From Eledone cirrhosa (Eukaryota): a stretch of 64,000 bases of DNA. The stretch lies in NCBI GenBank assembly GCA_964016885.1, contig OZ024748.1:17732001-17796000 (forward strand), given 5' to 3'. Below, piece by piece: positions 12,421 to 26,483 of the stretch. The notes under the pieces are model-generated. The model saw nothing but the letters and a program-made list of their open reading frames with translations, was not told where the DNA came from and did no database searches. The position numbers were made by a program, and so were the translations under genes. Within the stretch, counting starts at the first letter, position 1. Every line of letters begins with the position of its first letter.

Positions 12421-13870
12421 GATAAAAAAACGGAAGTGTTTGCATCCTGCCAGCACCGCTTCCGACACCCCTTCCAAAACTTTAAACCCAATATATAACA
12501 ATGTCAGACTTGAACCCATCACCACTTCTAACACCACACCTCAAGGGCATGCCTTACACCACTACACCACACTCTCTGATCCACCCTTCCCTCAACACAA
12601 ATCATTCTATCTATCTATAACTTTATACCCTAGAAATATCCCTATAAACACCAACTTTTAATATAATTACTTTCAATTACTTATAATTATATAGGGATTG
12701 AAATATAATACAGTCTATATAAACTTTAAATACTAGATACAGCAGTGAATTATATATGCAATTGTAATTAAATGTATGGAGTAATAACATCAGATATATA
12801 TAGGATTAATTTATTAACATAAGGGATCTGTCTAACTTATATGTAGGGTGGTGCAATGAATTATATATGAGTTATATATGCATGTATAACTTGATGGATA
12901 GATTAATGACATTGTAAATGAGGGATGTATTTGTCTACCCAAGAGATGTATTTGATTTTGTCATGCAAACAGCCGTACGCTGCTCCATAACTTACCAGGG
13001 GTTATGTAGACAAAATTCTAATAGGTCCCTGATATGTTTTGAGAGTAGACTGTATTTACAGTGAACTTTGATATAAAGATATAGCACTTTGTATGGGAAA
13101 TTCAATTATAGCGCTATATAATAAAGAGTAATCAACTTCCTATAGATACCTGTAATACATTATGATAGAGTAGACTGTATTTAAAATTGAAAATTAGATA
13201 TAAATATATAACCTTTTATATAAGAGACTCAATTGAGGCACCATATAATGTATGTTAGAACAATGAATTTAGTTATGAGAATCAGCTAGTTACCTGCCCT
13301 TACACATTAACTCCCCTTAATTACACACCTACCTCCGGGTAATAAACCACTGTAAATGCTCGCAGCAGAAAGAACCTATTCTATAAATATGGATTAAATA
13401 ACAATGAGCCTCAATACACTACAATAATTTAATGCATCAAACATTCAATACGGAATCATCGTACCTTATGTGATGGATGTAAAAACCATATCTTCCTTTT
13501 TCTGATGGTGAAAATGGTGGTGGATGCGAAAACTATAACTTTCTTTTTCTTTTTCTGCACACATACTTTTTTGATCTATACAAAAAATACCCTACCACTA
13601 CAACCACCATAATACTCTTGCTTACCCGCTTAAAGTGCTTGCATTAAATGTAACACCTTGCCACACATTAATCGCATATAAATGAAACACACTTGCATGC
13701 TCCATGTGTAACTAACGCATACACTACCTACTAGATCTGATTATCAAACTATCCTCTTACATTATCTGTGTTGTCTGCCGCATGTATTTTAATTTTAATT
13801 TTGATTTTGATTTTAAATTTGGATTGCTGTACAAATATAGTATAGTATAATATATGTCACTCCAGTGTAC
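12421..13870 (+). mobile_element. 5'-truncated PLE remnant (C-terminal codons plus long 3' UTR)
   Basis: [25 protein letters not shown] resembles NRRTDLFSICLHKFHRTF in the 58411-58668 ORF. The UTR matches 43575-43635 and resembles 32520-33660, both in reverse. Confidence 0.6.
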
Positions 13871-13917
13871 ATCAATATATATATATATGTATCTGTATGT
13901 CTCTTGCGTTGGATAGG

Positions 13918-14293
13918 AAGTTAAATAAAAAGTCAAATGTTTAAAATTTAGCTTCGTTTATTACTGCTATATATATTTCAGTGACAGCCATCTTTGGCTG
14001 TGACCTCTTCAGGCAGTCTGAATTAGTGTGGTATAGACAAGTACATATGTTGTTTAGGTGTATAATTTTGTCAATACTCTGATATGCCCAGTTCCTGGTT
14101 GGGTTGTTATTTCACTGGGGAACTGGAATCATATGATTCCAGTTCCTCAGTGAAATAACAACATATGTACTTGTCTATACCACACTAATTCAGACTGCCT
14201 GAAGAGGTCACAGCCAAAGATGGCTGTCACTGAAATATATATAGCAGTAATAAACGAAGCTAAATTTTAAACATTTGACTTTTTATTTAACTT
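13918..14293. mobile_element. Fold-back element with inverted minimal HHR pair
   Basis: Arms 13918-14053 and 14158-14293, with a nested hairpin at ~14102-14162. Confidence 0.8.
14194..14248 (+). ncRNA. Minimal type I hammerhead (antisense copy at 13963-14017)
   Basis: ACTGC CTGAAGA GGTCACAGCCA-AAGA-TGGCTGTCACT GAAA TATATA TA GCAGT. Confidence 0.85.
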
Positions 14294-14919
14294 TATTTTA
14301 CATTACTCCGGAGTAACCAAACCAACCTGCGCACTTCGTCGAGTGCTCCAGCCTGCATACTGAGGTGTTGGTATACAACCAACATATACTCAAAATCTAG
14401 ATATATATATATTTATATATATATATATATATATAATTTATATATATATATCTATATATATATATATATATAATTTATATATATATATATATATATATAT
14501 ATGCGTATGTGCATATATATGTTTGTGTATATATACATACATATATATATATGTGTGTATGTGTGCGGAGAGAGTGAGAGAGAGAAATAGTGAGTGAAAG
14601 TGACAAGAACTTCAAAGTAACAAAACCAAAAATAAAAACACAAAACACACTGCATTCATTTGCATTGCGAAAGGCATGAATATTTTAACAAGAAAATACT
14701 AAAAGAGTCTTTGAATGAATATTTCAACATCCATCTGCAACAAGATAGATGCCTATCTTATGCAATACTTGCTAGAACCTTACTGCACAGTGTTGTAGAG
14801 AACAAATAGAAAGCTAACTTCCATAATAGATTCCTATTTCACGACTTATGTAACGGTAACGGTAATTTTGGGAGAATTCTCTGACATATTCTGAAATTTA
14901 TGGCATACTTTCTCGACTA

Positions 14920-14926
14920 TATATAC

Positions 14927-14966
<40 letters not shown>

Positions 14967-14976
14967 ATATATATAC

Positions 14977-15037
<61 letters not shown>

Positions 15038-15040
15038 CAT

Positions 15041-15072
<32 letters not shown>

Positions 15073-15126
15073 ATACATATTTATATACATATATATATAC
15101 ACATACATATACATATATATACATAC

Positions 15127-15189
<63 letters not shown>

Positions 15190-15369
15190 TATACATATAT
15201 ATACATACATACATATATATATATATATACATACATACATATATATACATACATACATATATATATATACATACATATATATATATACATACATACATAT
15301 ATATATATATACATACATATATATATACATATATATCTACATATATATATACATACATATATATATACA

Positions 15370-15409
<40 letters not shown>

Positions 15410-15617
15410 CATATATACATACTTATATATATACATACTTATATATATACATACTTATATATATACATACTTATATATATACATACTTATATATATACAT
15501 ACTTATATATATACATACTTATATATATACATACTTATATATATACATACTTATATATATACATACATATATATATACATACATATATATATATACATAC
15601 ATATATATATATACATA

Positions 15618-15671
<54 letters not shown>

Positions 15672-15693
15672 CATACATATATATATACATACA

Positions 15694-15733
<40 letters not shown>

Positions 15734-15746
15734 CATACATATATAT

Positions 15747-15786
<40 letters not shown>

Positions 15787-16054
15787 GTATATATATATAC
15801 ATACATGTATATATATACACATACATGTATATATATATACATACATGTATATATATATACATATATGTATATATATATACATACATGTATATATATATAT
15901 ACATACATGTATATATATATATACATACATGTATATATATATACATACATGTATATATATATACATACATGTATATATATATGCATACATGTATATATAT
16001 ATATATATACATACATACATGTATATATATACATACATACATGTATATATATAT

Positions 16055-16107
<53 letters not shown>

Positions 16108-16123
16108 TACATACTCAGACACT

Positions 16124-16155
<32 letters not shown>

Positions 16156-16205
16156 CACACACACATATATATATATATATACACACACACATACATATAT
16201 ATACT
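14920..16205. repeat. (TA)n/(TACA)n compound microsatellite
   Basis: Direct reading. Comparable tracts at ~6180-6830, 12030-12400, 46180-47460, 48830-49330 and 53350-53745. Confidence 0.95.
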
Positions 16206-19200
16206 CGCACACATATTTTCATGTTTTAACTCAATGTTTGTTTATTTTAAAGGTTTTTGTACAGGTTTTTTTTTGCGTTTGTTTGTTTGGGGATGGTTTA
16301 TTTGTATGTATGTATGTTTGTTAGGGGATGGTTTATTTGTATGTATGTATGTATGTATGTATGTATGTTTGTTTGTTTGGGGATGGTTTATTTGTATGTA
16401 TGTATGTATGTATGTATGTATGTTTGTTTGGGGATGGTTTATTTGTATGTATGTTTGTTTGTTTGTCTTATTTTGTGAAATATTTTCTGATGCGATACGT
16501 GCCATTTTCGGCAGCCACAAAGATCAATGCATATGTAAATTTACATGCACATTGCATTGCAAATCATTTGAAGCAGAATGACACATCGATAATGTGATAA
16601 AGCCTTGCATTTATCACTGTAATCCCTCATCATGCAGTGGTGATAATGGTGTTGGTGGTGGTGGAGGTGGTGGCGGTGATGATGGTTGTGTTGGTGGTGA
16701 TGATGGTTGTATTGGGGGTAATGATGGTGGTGGTGGTGGTGGTCGTCGTGGTGGTGGACGTGTTTGTAGGTGGTGGGGTAATTGTTTTTGTTGTTGAAAA
16801 TGAAAAATGCTATTAAATTGCCACCTTTTATAAAATGTCAGTTGTTTGAACTGATGAATTCTCCTCTCTAAATATCCTAACCAATCCCCGTTACCAAATG
16901 AAAGATTGGTGGATCAAGCTGATAAGGAGGTGATGTGGAGTTTCTTTGTGAGGATGCTGGGTTTACTAGCAAAAGCAGCCAAATCTCCCTTGAATCCTTT
17001 TCTTAACTCTTTCATAACAAACACACATACACACACATGCATCAACCACAGAGACACACACACACATACATCAACCACAAAGTCACACACACACAGATGT
17101 ATCAACCACACACACACACACACTCACGCATCAACCACAGAGTCACACACACACACACAAATACATACACATGCACCAACCAAGAGACAAACAAAGGCCC
17201 ATCTGGAACTCATAAAAAGTGCATGTATAGTACATAGAATAATGTACAAATATCAGGAAAATGAACAGTGTATGAGTCATGGAATACATGTGTGCGTGTG
17301 TATATAGGGGCGGTATCAGGTGTTGTTATGAAAGAGGATGTATAAACATGACAAATTTGTTTAAATATATAGTTTTACTTCACTTCATTTAAAAGGTAAA
17401 AGAATATATGTATATTATGCGACGTTCGATTACAAAGTGACAAGTTGTTTCAGGATGTACATACCAGTATAGGTTGTAGTAAGCTCGCAGTGTAAGGGAG
17501 CTGCGTTGTTGTTGAAGTGCTGATGGAAGAATTGCTGTTAGGTTCTTGTTGACAGGCCTGTATCAGTTTACTAAGTGCTACATCTCACCACTTGCTTAAG
17601 CAGGTCAAAGTGATGCTTCGCTTCCAAGTTACCAGAGTTCACTAACCAAAAGAAGAAATTATCTTTTGCTTTCACCTCAAGCTGACCAGCCCCTCCAGAT
17701 GGCAGATGCCAACTCAGATATACAGATATAAGAGAAAAAGCAGCTTGATGTCATTCAAAAGTGTGAATAGATTTTGCTACATATCTGCCATAGACATATG
17801 TTTGTATTGCCTGAAGAAGATACATCGACCACACACATAGACACAAACACACACCAACCACACATACACACTCATCCATGCACCAACCTCAGAGACATAC
17901 ACATACATGCACCAACCACAGACACACGCAAAGGCCCGTCTACCATAGACATATATTTGTATTGCCAGAAGAAGATAGGTCAAAAATATGAAAAATACTT
18001 GCTTCATTTTGACAAATTAACACCCAACAGATGATGTCTCCTATAAGCCAACGGCTGCTGCACAATCTGAAGCAATTATTTTCCTGTAGTGAATCTCAAC
18101 TTTAAGCCAGACCCCTTGAATTCAAAACTATTAAAATATAAACTACCTTATAATTTGAACTTGTGCATTTAACTCTTTTGATTCCAGATTTCTAATAAAA
18201 GACACAGCCTCTTATTTTCAATTAATTTTAAAAATGATAAAAGATTTGAAAGCATTTATTAATATAGTTAATTTTCTTGTTATTAGGCTGGTATTTGGAG
18301 CATAACATAACAAAAGGTATTATATAAAATTATAATGGAAACAATTTAGCCCTTTTCATTATTATATTTCTAATAAAATCCAGCCAAAATAATCCAGAAT
18401 TTGGAGAGATTTAGTAATATAACTTTCTCATTATTAAGCTGGTATTTGGAACATAACAATGATTGTTACATAAAAATATAATAGAATTTCTTTAGATAGC
18501 TATAAATTTTTAGCCTTTTTCATTACTATGTTTCTAATGAAAGTCTGCCTATATTTTCAAATAGTTATGAAAATATTCATAAATTTGGTGGCATTTAGTA
18601 CTATAACTAACTTTCTCATTGGTAAAATGGTGTTTGAAACTTAAAGTTTCTTATATAAAATTATGAGTGAAGGTTTTTAGATAAACATTTTAGCCATTTC
18701 ATTACAATATTTCTAATGTAAAAATAATCTAGAATTTGGAGAGATTTAGTAATATAACTAACTTTCTCATTATGATGGGGTCATATTATATATATGATCC
18801 GAATAACAAGGTTCCAAAGCTCATTCACTTACTGAGTAGGGCTGAACTCATCAGATTGGACCAAGGAAACAATGTTTCCATAGGTCTTTCCAATTGTTTA
18901 ATACTATTTGCTGGTCACAACTCCTGGCAAAATATGCATGTGTTAGTGGTTAGAGAGTTAGATTCACAATCAGGAGATTGCGAGTTTGATGCATTATGTC
19001 CTTGAGCAAGACGTTTTATTTCATGTTGCTCCTTCTGCCAGTACTATACACAAGGTTGTAATTTATTTCATTTTTTATTTTAGTTTCAGAAAAAATGTGG
19101 GGGGAGGGATTTTACACAAAGAAATACTCTACTTTATGTATAAGAAATTATTTATTTGTAATAAGTCTATTCCTTGGCTTAATGGTTAAAAGCACCTCGC

Positions 19201-20740
19201 CTGTATTTAGGAGATATAGGGTTTGTTTCTTTATAGTAGCAAATGGCAACTTCTTTTTTTATCTTTTAAGGGTCTTCACTCTTTAGCATTTACATTACTC
19301 TATATATACTACTGTATTTTTGTGGTAAAGACTTTACCTCAAATAATATCTCATATAATAACAAATCTATGAGATTTTGATATTATTTATTTTGAGAACC
19401 ATACCTTAACATCAGTATAAGTGACCAGTTACAGCCGGTTTGAACAGAAAAAGGTGAGAGAATTATTTCCGGATACGGCCGGTTTAAAGTCCAACCCATA
19501 CAAAGTAGTAGTAGTAGTAGCAGTACTAGTACTAAACATGTATGTGTTATTTAAAAAAAAGAACGATGTTGGTAAGTGTTTAAAAGATTATTAACTTACT
19601 GACAATGTCTATGGTGTAAACTAAACATTGATATCGGAAAACACATAGCATGCAGCCATTTTATTCTTCATCTGTAATATTCTAAAATAAAGATATTCAC
19701 AAGATGTGAGCAGGAGAGCAGGACAAACATTAGATTTACAAGCATCAAGTAATAAATCTGCAAAATGGGCAGCCATGAAATAATATATATATTATAGCCT
19801 GGAGATGAAAAACAAATGAGAAATAAGAATATCACAATCCATTGCTTTCCTTCTGTTAAGAGGAAAAACTATAAAAAGTAAAAGCCACTAACAAGATGTG
19901 ATGGCAAATTAAAACTGAAACAACATTGTAAACAAAATAGAGAAAGAGAAAGAAAGTGGAGAAGAGATCATAGGTGCAGTATGCAGTAATATTTGAAGAG
20001 TATTGTCAAATCTAAATTAATACGAAAATATGGTTGTAAATAGTTATCTGTTTCTGCTGTTTTCAAGATGTAATAACAAATTATATGAAGTAATAAATAT
20101 ATGACATCTTAGATTTCAAAAGTCTGTGCTAAAAGAGGGGAGAAAAACTGAATAAATCAAATATCTGTTTCAATGAATTGTCGTTAATAATATATGAATT
20201 TTCAGTTAATATTAACCATGATTTTATTGATTAACAAATAGAGGCTGCATTATCTCAAAGCATGCTGCATTGATTATCAAACGGTAACTAGAAGACAAAA
20301 AAGTATCTTCTTTATAACAATAGATTATTGAAAATGCAAAATATTAAATACATATAAATGATCATATATGTATGTATATATGTGTGTGTGTGTGTATGTA
20401 TATATATATATAGAGAGGTATATATATATATGTATGTATGTATGTATGTATATATATATATATATATATATGTATGGATGTATGTATATAGATATGTATG
20501 TGTATACATATATATATATATATACATGCATGTATATTTATACAAATATTGATTGATGCTCATGAACATCTAAGCATCTGAAAATATATGTGCTCATGCC
20601 TACACACACACACACACATATATATATACAAAGAGAGTGAGATTTTGTGTTTCTATATCTTCCTCTCTCTATATATATATAATACATGCATATGTATGTA
20701 TATACATGCTTATAAACATAAATGTACATTTATCTATCTA

Positions 20741-20787
<47 letters not shown>

Positions 20788-22097
20788 CAAACATATGTAA
20801 ATACATACATGTGCACCCAACCAGATATACCATACCAATCCATACAATATATATTTCTAAACATAAATCCATGTGTATCTATATATGTATCCTATATATC
20901 TTTTGCTTTCTATATATATATATATTATAAATATGTACGTACAAACAAACCTATATATACTATACTATACCATACCATACTATACTTATAAACATAAACG
21001 TATGTGCATCTATCTATTTATCTGCCCCCTTGATATCAAGTATGGTTATTGCACGATATAACATTATTAATAATTATCAATTAATGCTATCATGCATTGC
21101 CTGTGCATGAAGATTTCTTTTAAAGTGAGGAAAGACTGTGCACTGAGCCAATCCCACTCTCTCAGTGACAGTAGCTATAACCTGAAAAGAAGAAAAGATC
21201 AACATCATTGGTAACTACTGAGCCGCAGGTTTTATGTCGGAGTTACCCCAGTTTCCTGAGTTGCCTTCTCCTAGAAGAATGCCCTGACAAAGGCTAGGGG
21301 TCCTTCACTCCCAGTGGTTTAACCATGCGATCGGGTATCCAGCCTGATTATTTCTATGTCCCCGCGCATATATATATATATATACATATGTATACATGTA
21401 TATACTTATATACATACACACATATATACACATGCATATACATATTTACCCATTTTTGGATTGCCGTTACCTCTTATGAGTTCAACCATCCTTTGTCAAA
21501 ATTTGTTTTTTGTCCTGCAGGTTGTCCAAAATCACCCTCCTCACCAAGTAAACTTGGTGGGTTGCCGGTTTAGTTGCTGACAACTCAACCATGCGACAGG
21601 TTGTACTGGGTTACATGTTACCAGTAGCACTCAAGAATGACCCAACATATACACCAATATATGCTATACAATACCAAACCATATCATGCCATACTATACT
21701 TGTAACCATAAATGCGTGTGTATACGTAAAACCTATATAAAAACGGTCAGATCAAAGTATATTGATGGTCTGCCAAAATCTTTATAAGTTTGATTCCCAA
21801 TCTTCTCCAAAAAAAATCAACACCATTTTGTTAAGAATGGTAAGATTCTTCTATTCCTGCCTTTTAAATGTTCTGACCCCATTCAACTTCATTGATTAAC
21901 CATGACATTCCTCATTACCTAGCTTTATTTTAAACTCTAATTTCTAATGACAGATTTGTCACTTTGGCTAAAGATTTTCCAAGATGGCTGTTTGGCCGTT
22001 TCTTGTAGAATTCATATTATTCAAAAATGAATTAATTTTTGATAGAAGTAGTTTGAAAATCATGGTTTTATTACTATTATTATCAGCATTATTGTTG

Positions 22098-22130
<33 letters not shown>

Positions 22131-23589
22131 GGGCAGTGGCTTGAAAGAAATGTTAACATTTCAAGGAAAATTGGTTTAACCTTCTTCCTACCAAACCACT
22201 TCAAACTACTCTTGCTTCTACAATACACAACTGTTTATTCCAAAGTGCTTATATTTATCTGAAAACCTTCCATCATGATTTTCTGTGAAATCTTTCAAGT
22301 TATATTCCAAACACCAGCTTAAGAATGAGAATGCTAGCTATATTACTAAGTCCTTCCAAAATTTGTTTAAATATTTTCAAGATAATCTGAAAATCATAAG
22401 TGGTGCCTTTCATTATAAACATGGTAATGAAAGGGTTAAGTTCTGGATGTTTAAATTCTGAGTTCACATGCTACCAAGGTCTACTTAGCCTTTCATTCTT
22501 TCAGGGATAATAATGAAACCACAATTCTCAATGCCAATGTGACCCTCTAGCCTTCCAGCTGCCAATTCTAGATGTTCCTCTAAATAAAGAGAAGAAGAGT
22601 TGGGAGGATGTTTTTATCTGTACATATACAGGGTACCCGACCTCCCATGGGTACATGCTGAAGCATATAAACAATATGCCCCCACACCCCCCACTGCAAG
22701 GTGGTCGTGGAGGTGCCACGGCAAAAAAGCACCCAGCCCACACTGTAAAGTGGACGTGTAGGCGCCACGAAAAAGCACCCAGCACTCACTGTAAATGAGG
22801 TTGGTGTTAGGAAGGGCATCCAGCTGTAGAAATCAAGCCAGATCAGTTCCTGTATGAGCAAGGCATGGTCAGCCGACCAGACACTGCACACAACAGGACA
22901 ACCCGTCTAACCCATGCTAGCGTGGAAGAACGGACGTAAAACGGTGATGATGATGATATCAACATGGGCTCTTGAAACTTTGACAGTAGTGAATTGGTAG
23001 AATCTCTAGGGTGGTGTACAATATGTTTTTCACCATATTTGACCCAGCTTCTTACATATGTTACAAGATCAATTCCTATCAAAGTCAGCTTTGGTTTTCA
23101 TCATTCCTAGATCATTAAAATAAAGTACCAGTCAAATACTGGTGGTGATATAATTGAGATGCCCCACCCCCCACCCCCTATCAAATTGTTCTTTGTGTCT
23201 AAATTAGAAAGTATTAACATTAATATCATCTGAGGGGAGTGGATTGGCAGTATCAGTAAATAGTCAGACATCATGCTTTGCAGCATGGAGTTATGGACCT
23301 TTACATTCTGAGTTCAAATCCCACCGAGGTTAGCTTAGCCTTTCATCCTTACAGAGTGAATAAAATAAAATACCAGTAATGCACTGGGGTGTTGCTGGCC
23401 TTGTGCCAAAAGTAGAAACATTATCATGATTAATATTATTGACAAGGCAGTAGATTGGAATAATCATGAGTTTGTTGGATGAAATGATTTGTTCCATCTT
23501 TTACATTCACTATGAGTTTTATTTGTGTATGTGTGTATATATATATATATACACATATATATATATATACATACATATAACATATATAT

Positions 23590-23755
<166 letters not shown>

Positions 23756-23756
23756 T

Positions 23757-24023
23757 GATGAAATCGAAAATGCAAATGGAGTCTTATTTTTTTTTAAATA
23801 TATATATTTATTTGGTTCCTTTACCGGTTTCGCAGTTTTTCTGCTTTTCAAAAGTAGAGTGGAGATGGAGGGTCTGTGGTTTTTCACACATCTGAGAAAA
23901 CCACAGACCCTCCATCTCAACTCTACTTTTGAAAAGCAGAAGAACTGCGAAACTGGTAAAGAAACCAAATAAATATATATATTTAAAAAAAAATAAGACT
24001 CCATTTGCATTTTCGATTTCATC
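23757..24023. mobile_element. Fold-back element with inverted U3:A8 hammerheads
   Basis: Arms of ~130 bp around a ~10-nt spacer near 23890. Confidence 0.8.
23926..23961 (+). ncRNA. Minimal hammerhead, U3:A8 core variant (antisense copy at 23819-23854)
   Basis: CTT TTGAAAA GCAG-AAGAA-CTGC GAAA C(C/T)GG TA AAG. Confidence 0.6.
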
Positions 24024-24118
24024 TTTTTTTCCTTATACTTTCACTCGTGTAGGACACCTCGGTTATTTTTCATTTTATAAAAAAAACCTCACTTTCTAAT
24101 ATATATATATATATATAT

Positions 24119-24722
24119 GGTGGCTGCCAACTCGTTTTCGAGTACGGCCACTACTTTATATCCATGTAGGAGAACCCCTACCGATGCGCTGAACGAGTGT
24201 GACTTTTTAGTCCAGCCAGCGACTTGAAAACTCTGGTACAAACACTACACTTGTGACAATTACTGACACATAGTGCTGGGCCCATGGTACCATGTGACGA
24301 CAATTGCAGAGAGATCTCCAGATATAAAGCAATGCCTGTGCCGTGAAGCTTTTATAGTGAGCAAAGGCACTGCACAAAGCCAGTCCCACTCTCTTAACCA
24401 AGATGATATTTACCAAAAAGAAGAACAAGTCAACATCATTGGATACCATCAGGGTTGCAGGTGTTATATCAGAGTTTTCCTTCTCCTAGAATTCTGCCTT
24501 GACAAAGGCTAAGGGGTCATCCCTCCCGGTGATTTTGGATGGCCATTGACTCTTAAGAGCTCCTTTGCCCTTTGACAGGTTTTGTTTTTAGTCCTGCAGG
24601 ATGTCCAAAGTCACCCTCCTCACCAAGAAACCTTGGTGGGGTTGCCAGTTTAGTCGCCAACGACCCGACCATGGGACAGGTTGTACTGGGATACATGTTA
24701 CCAGTAGCACCAACTGGTGACC
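24119..24722 (-). mobile_element. RTE-derived non-autonomous (bipartite) element
   Basis: Carries CTAGGAGAAGGAAAACTCTGA, a motif I recall from RTE 5' UTRs. Flanked by (TA)n. Partial or older copies at 47924-48213 (+) and ~21090-21643 (-). Confidence 0.6.
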
Positions 24723-24877
24723 TGACATATATATATATACACATATATATATATACATATAATATATATAAATATATATATATACACACATATATATATA
24801 TATATGTATATATAAAGGAATGAACGTAAGTTGATAACCTTGGTTTTTTTGTAATATTGTATGTATATAATATATAC

Positions 24878-24910
<33 letters not shown>

Positions 24911-25227
24911 CAAATAAACATATGTGTATATTATGGATAAGGAGAAAGAGAGGAAAAGAACATAAAGTTAGGAATGCGAAAACAACCTTTGTTAAAGAAA
25001 TTAGTAATTAGCCACAACAATACTGAAGATATTTACTCAGACATTGAGAATCATTTTGACCATTATTCATTGGTTCCACTGTTGTAGAAGCCACTTTATT
25101 ACAGCTACTAATGGCCATCCCTCTTGAAATATAATACAATAATATACCAGCCTCTGAATACCTATTAAGAAAAGTGAGAATTATTTCTCCAATCATTTAT
25201 TGTTAAATTAAATACGCTTGTTTGTAG

Positions 25228-25266
<39 letters not shown>

Positions 25267-25911
25267 CACCCATATATATACATACATATATTTATATATG
25301 CATATATGTACATACATACATATGTATATATACATATATACACACATATATACACACATGTATACATATATATGTGTGTGTATATATATAAATGCACACA
25401 CACACATATATATATACCCATACACACATACCATACATATGAATATATATACACACACATATATATATATATACATATTTATATATATATATATATACAC
25501 ACACACATACACATATGTATATATTTACATATACATACATACGTGTGTGTGTGTGTATATATATATATACACACACACATGTATGTAAATATAGATTAAG
25601 CATAGTACATCTGTGGTGAGTTTTCCTTGTGTTCTTTTTGTATGCATTTCTGAATATTACATCTTTTTATATCTATATATATGTGTATATATGTATATAT
25701 AAGTTGTTGTCACACTTTGTATATTTTCTGTTTAATTAGAAAATATTTTGGAGGTAGGTGAGGGGTATCTTTATGAGGGTGGAGGGGTGACTTTGGTAGA
25801 AGAAAAAAAAAACAACAAACAATTATATGGACGAAAAAAAATTGCAGCCATTTTGTTTCGGGTTTTTTACGGTTTTTCTTTATATTTAAAAAAAAAGCAA
25901 AGAAAAAAAAC

Positions 25912-25954
<43 letters not shown>

Positions 25955-26283
25955 CGGAATAACAAAAATTCAGACATTTTCTTTTTGTTCTTTGTGTAGT
26001 TTTTTTACAAACAAGAAAAAAATATAATTTCATGAAGAAAAAAAAAAAAAAAATGAATGAAATTAAAAAAAAAATTCGGCCATTTTGTTTTGGGGAAATT
26101 TTTATTGTTGTTGTTATTTTTCTGTAGGTTCCAAACGATTTCCAAGTTAGCGTTTCGTCTAGAATTGGCTTCTGTTTGATTGATGGTGCATCAGTAGAAA
26201 TAAAGCAGTGAAGCATTATGGGAAAGATAGTTTTACCGGTTATTTACAACACGATTTATTGACCTGGAACATATTTACTTGGG

Positions 26284-26483
26284 NNNNNNNNNNNNNNNNN
26301 NNNNNNNNNNNNNNNNNNNNNNNNNNNNNNNNNNNNNNNNNNNNNNNNNNNNNNNNNNNNNNNNNNNNNNNNNNNNNNNNNNNNNNNNNNNNNNNNNNNN
26401 NNNNNNNNNNNNNNNNNNNNNNNNNNNNNNNNNNNNNNNNNNNNNNNNNNNNNNNNNNNNNNNNNNNNNNNNNNNNNNNNNNN
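26284..26483. other. Assembly gap (200 N)
   Basis: Run of N. Confidence 1.

Noticed and set aside
14846-16581. Long Y/I/C/V/M-rich ORFs, also at 1256-2008, 46175-47478, 48771-49381 and 53339-54043
   Set aside because: TA/TG repeats lack stop codons in several frames, so these are artefacts.
26128-26283. Plus-strand exon after TTTTCTGTAG
   Set aside because: All three frames stop within ~30 codons, there is no recognisable homology, and it abuts a gap.
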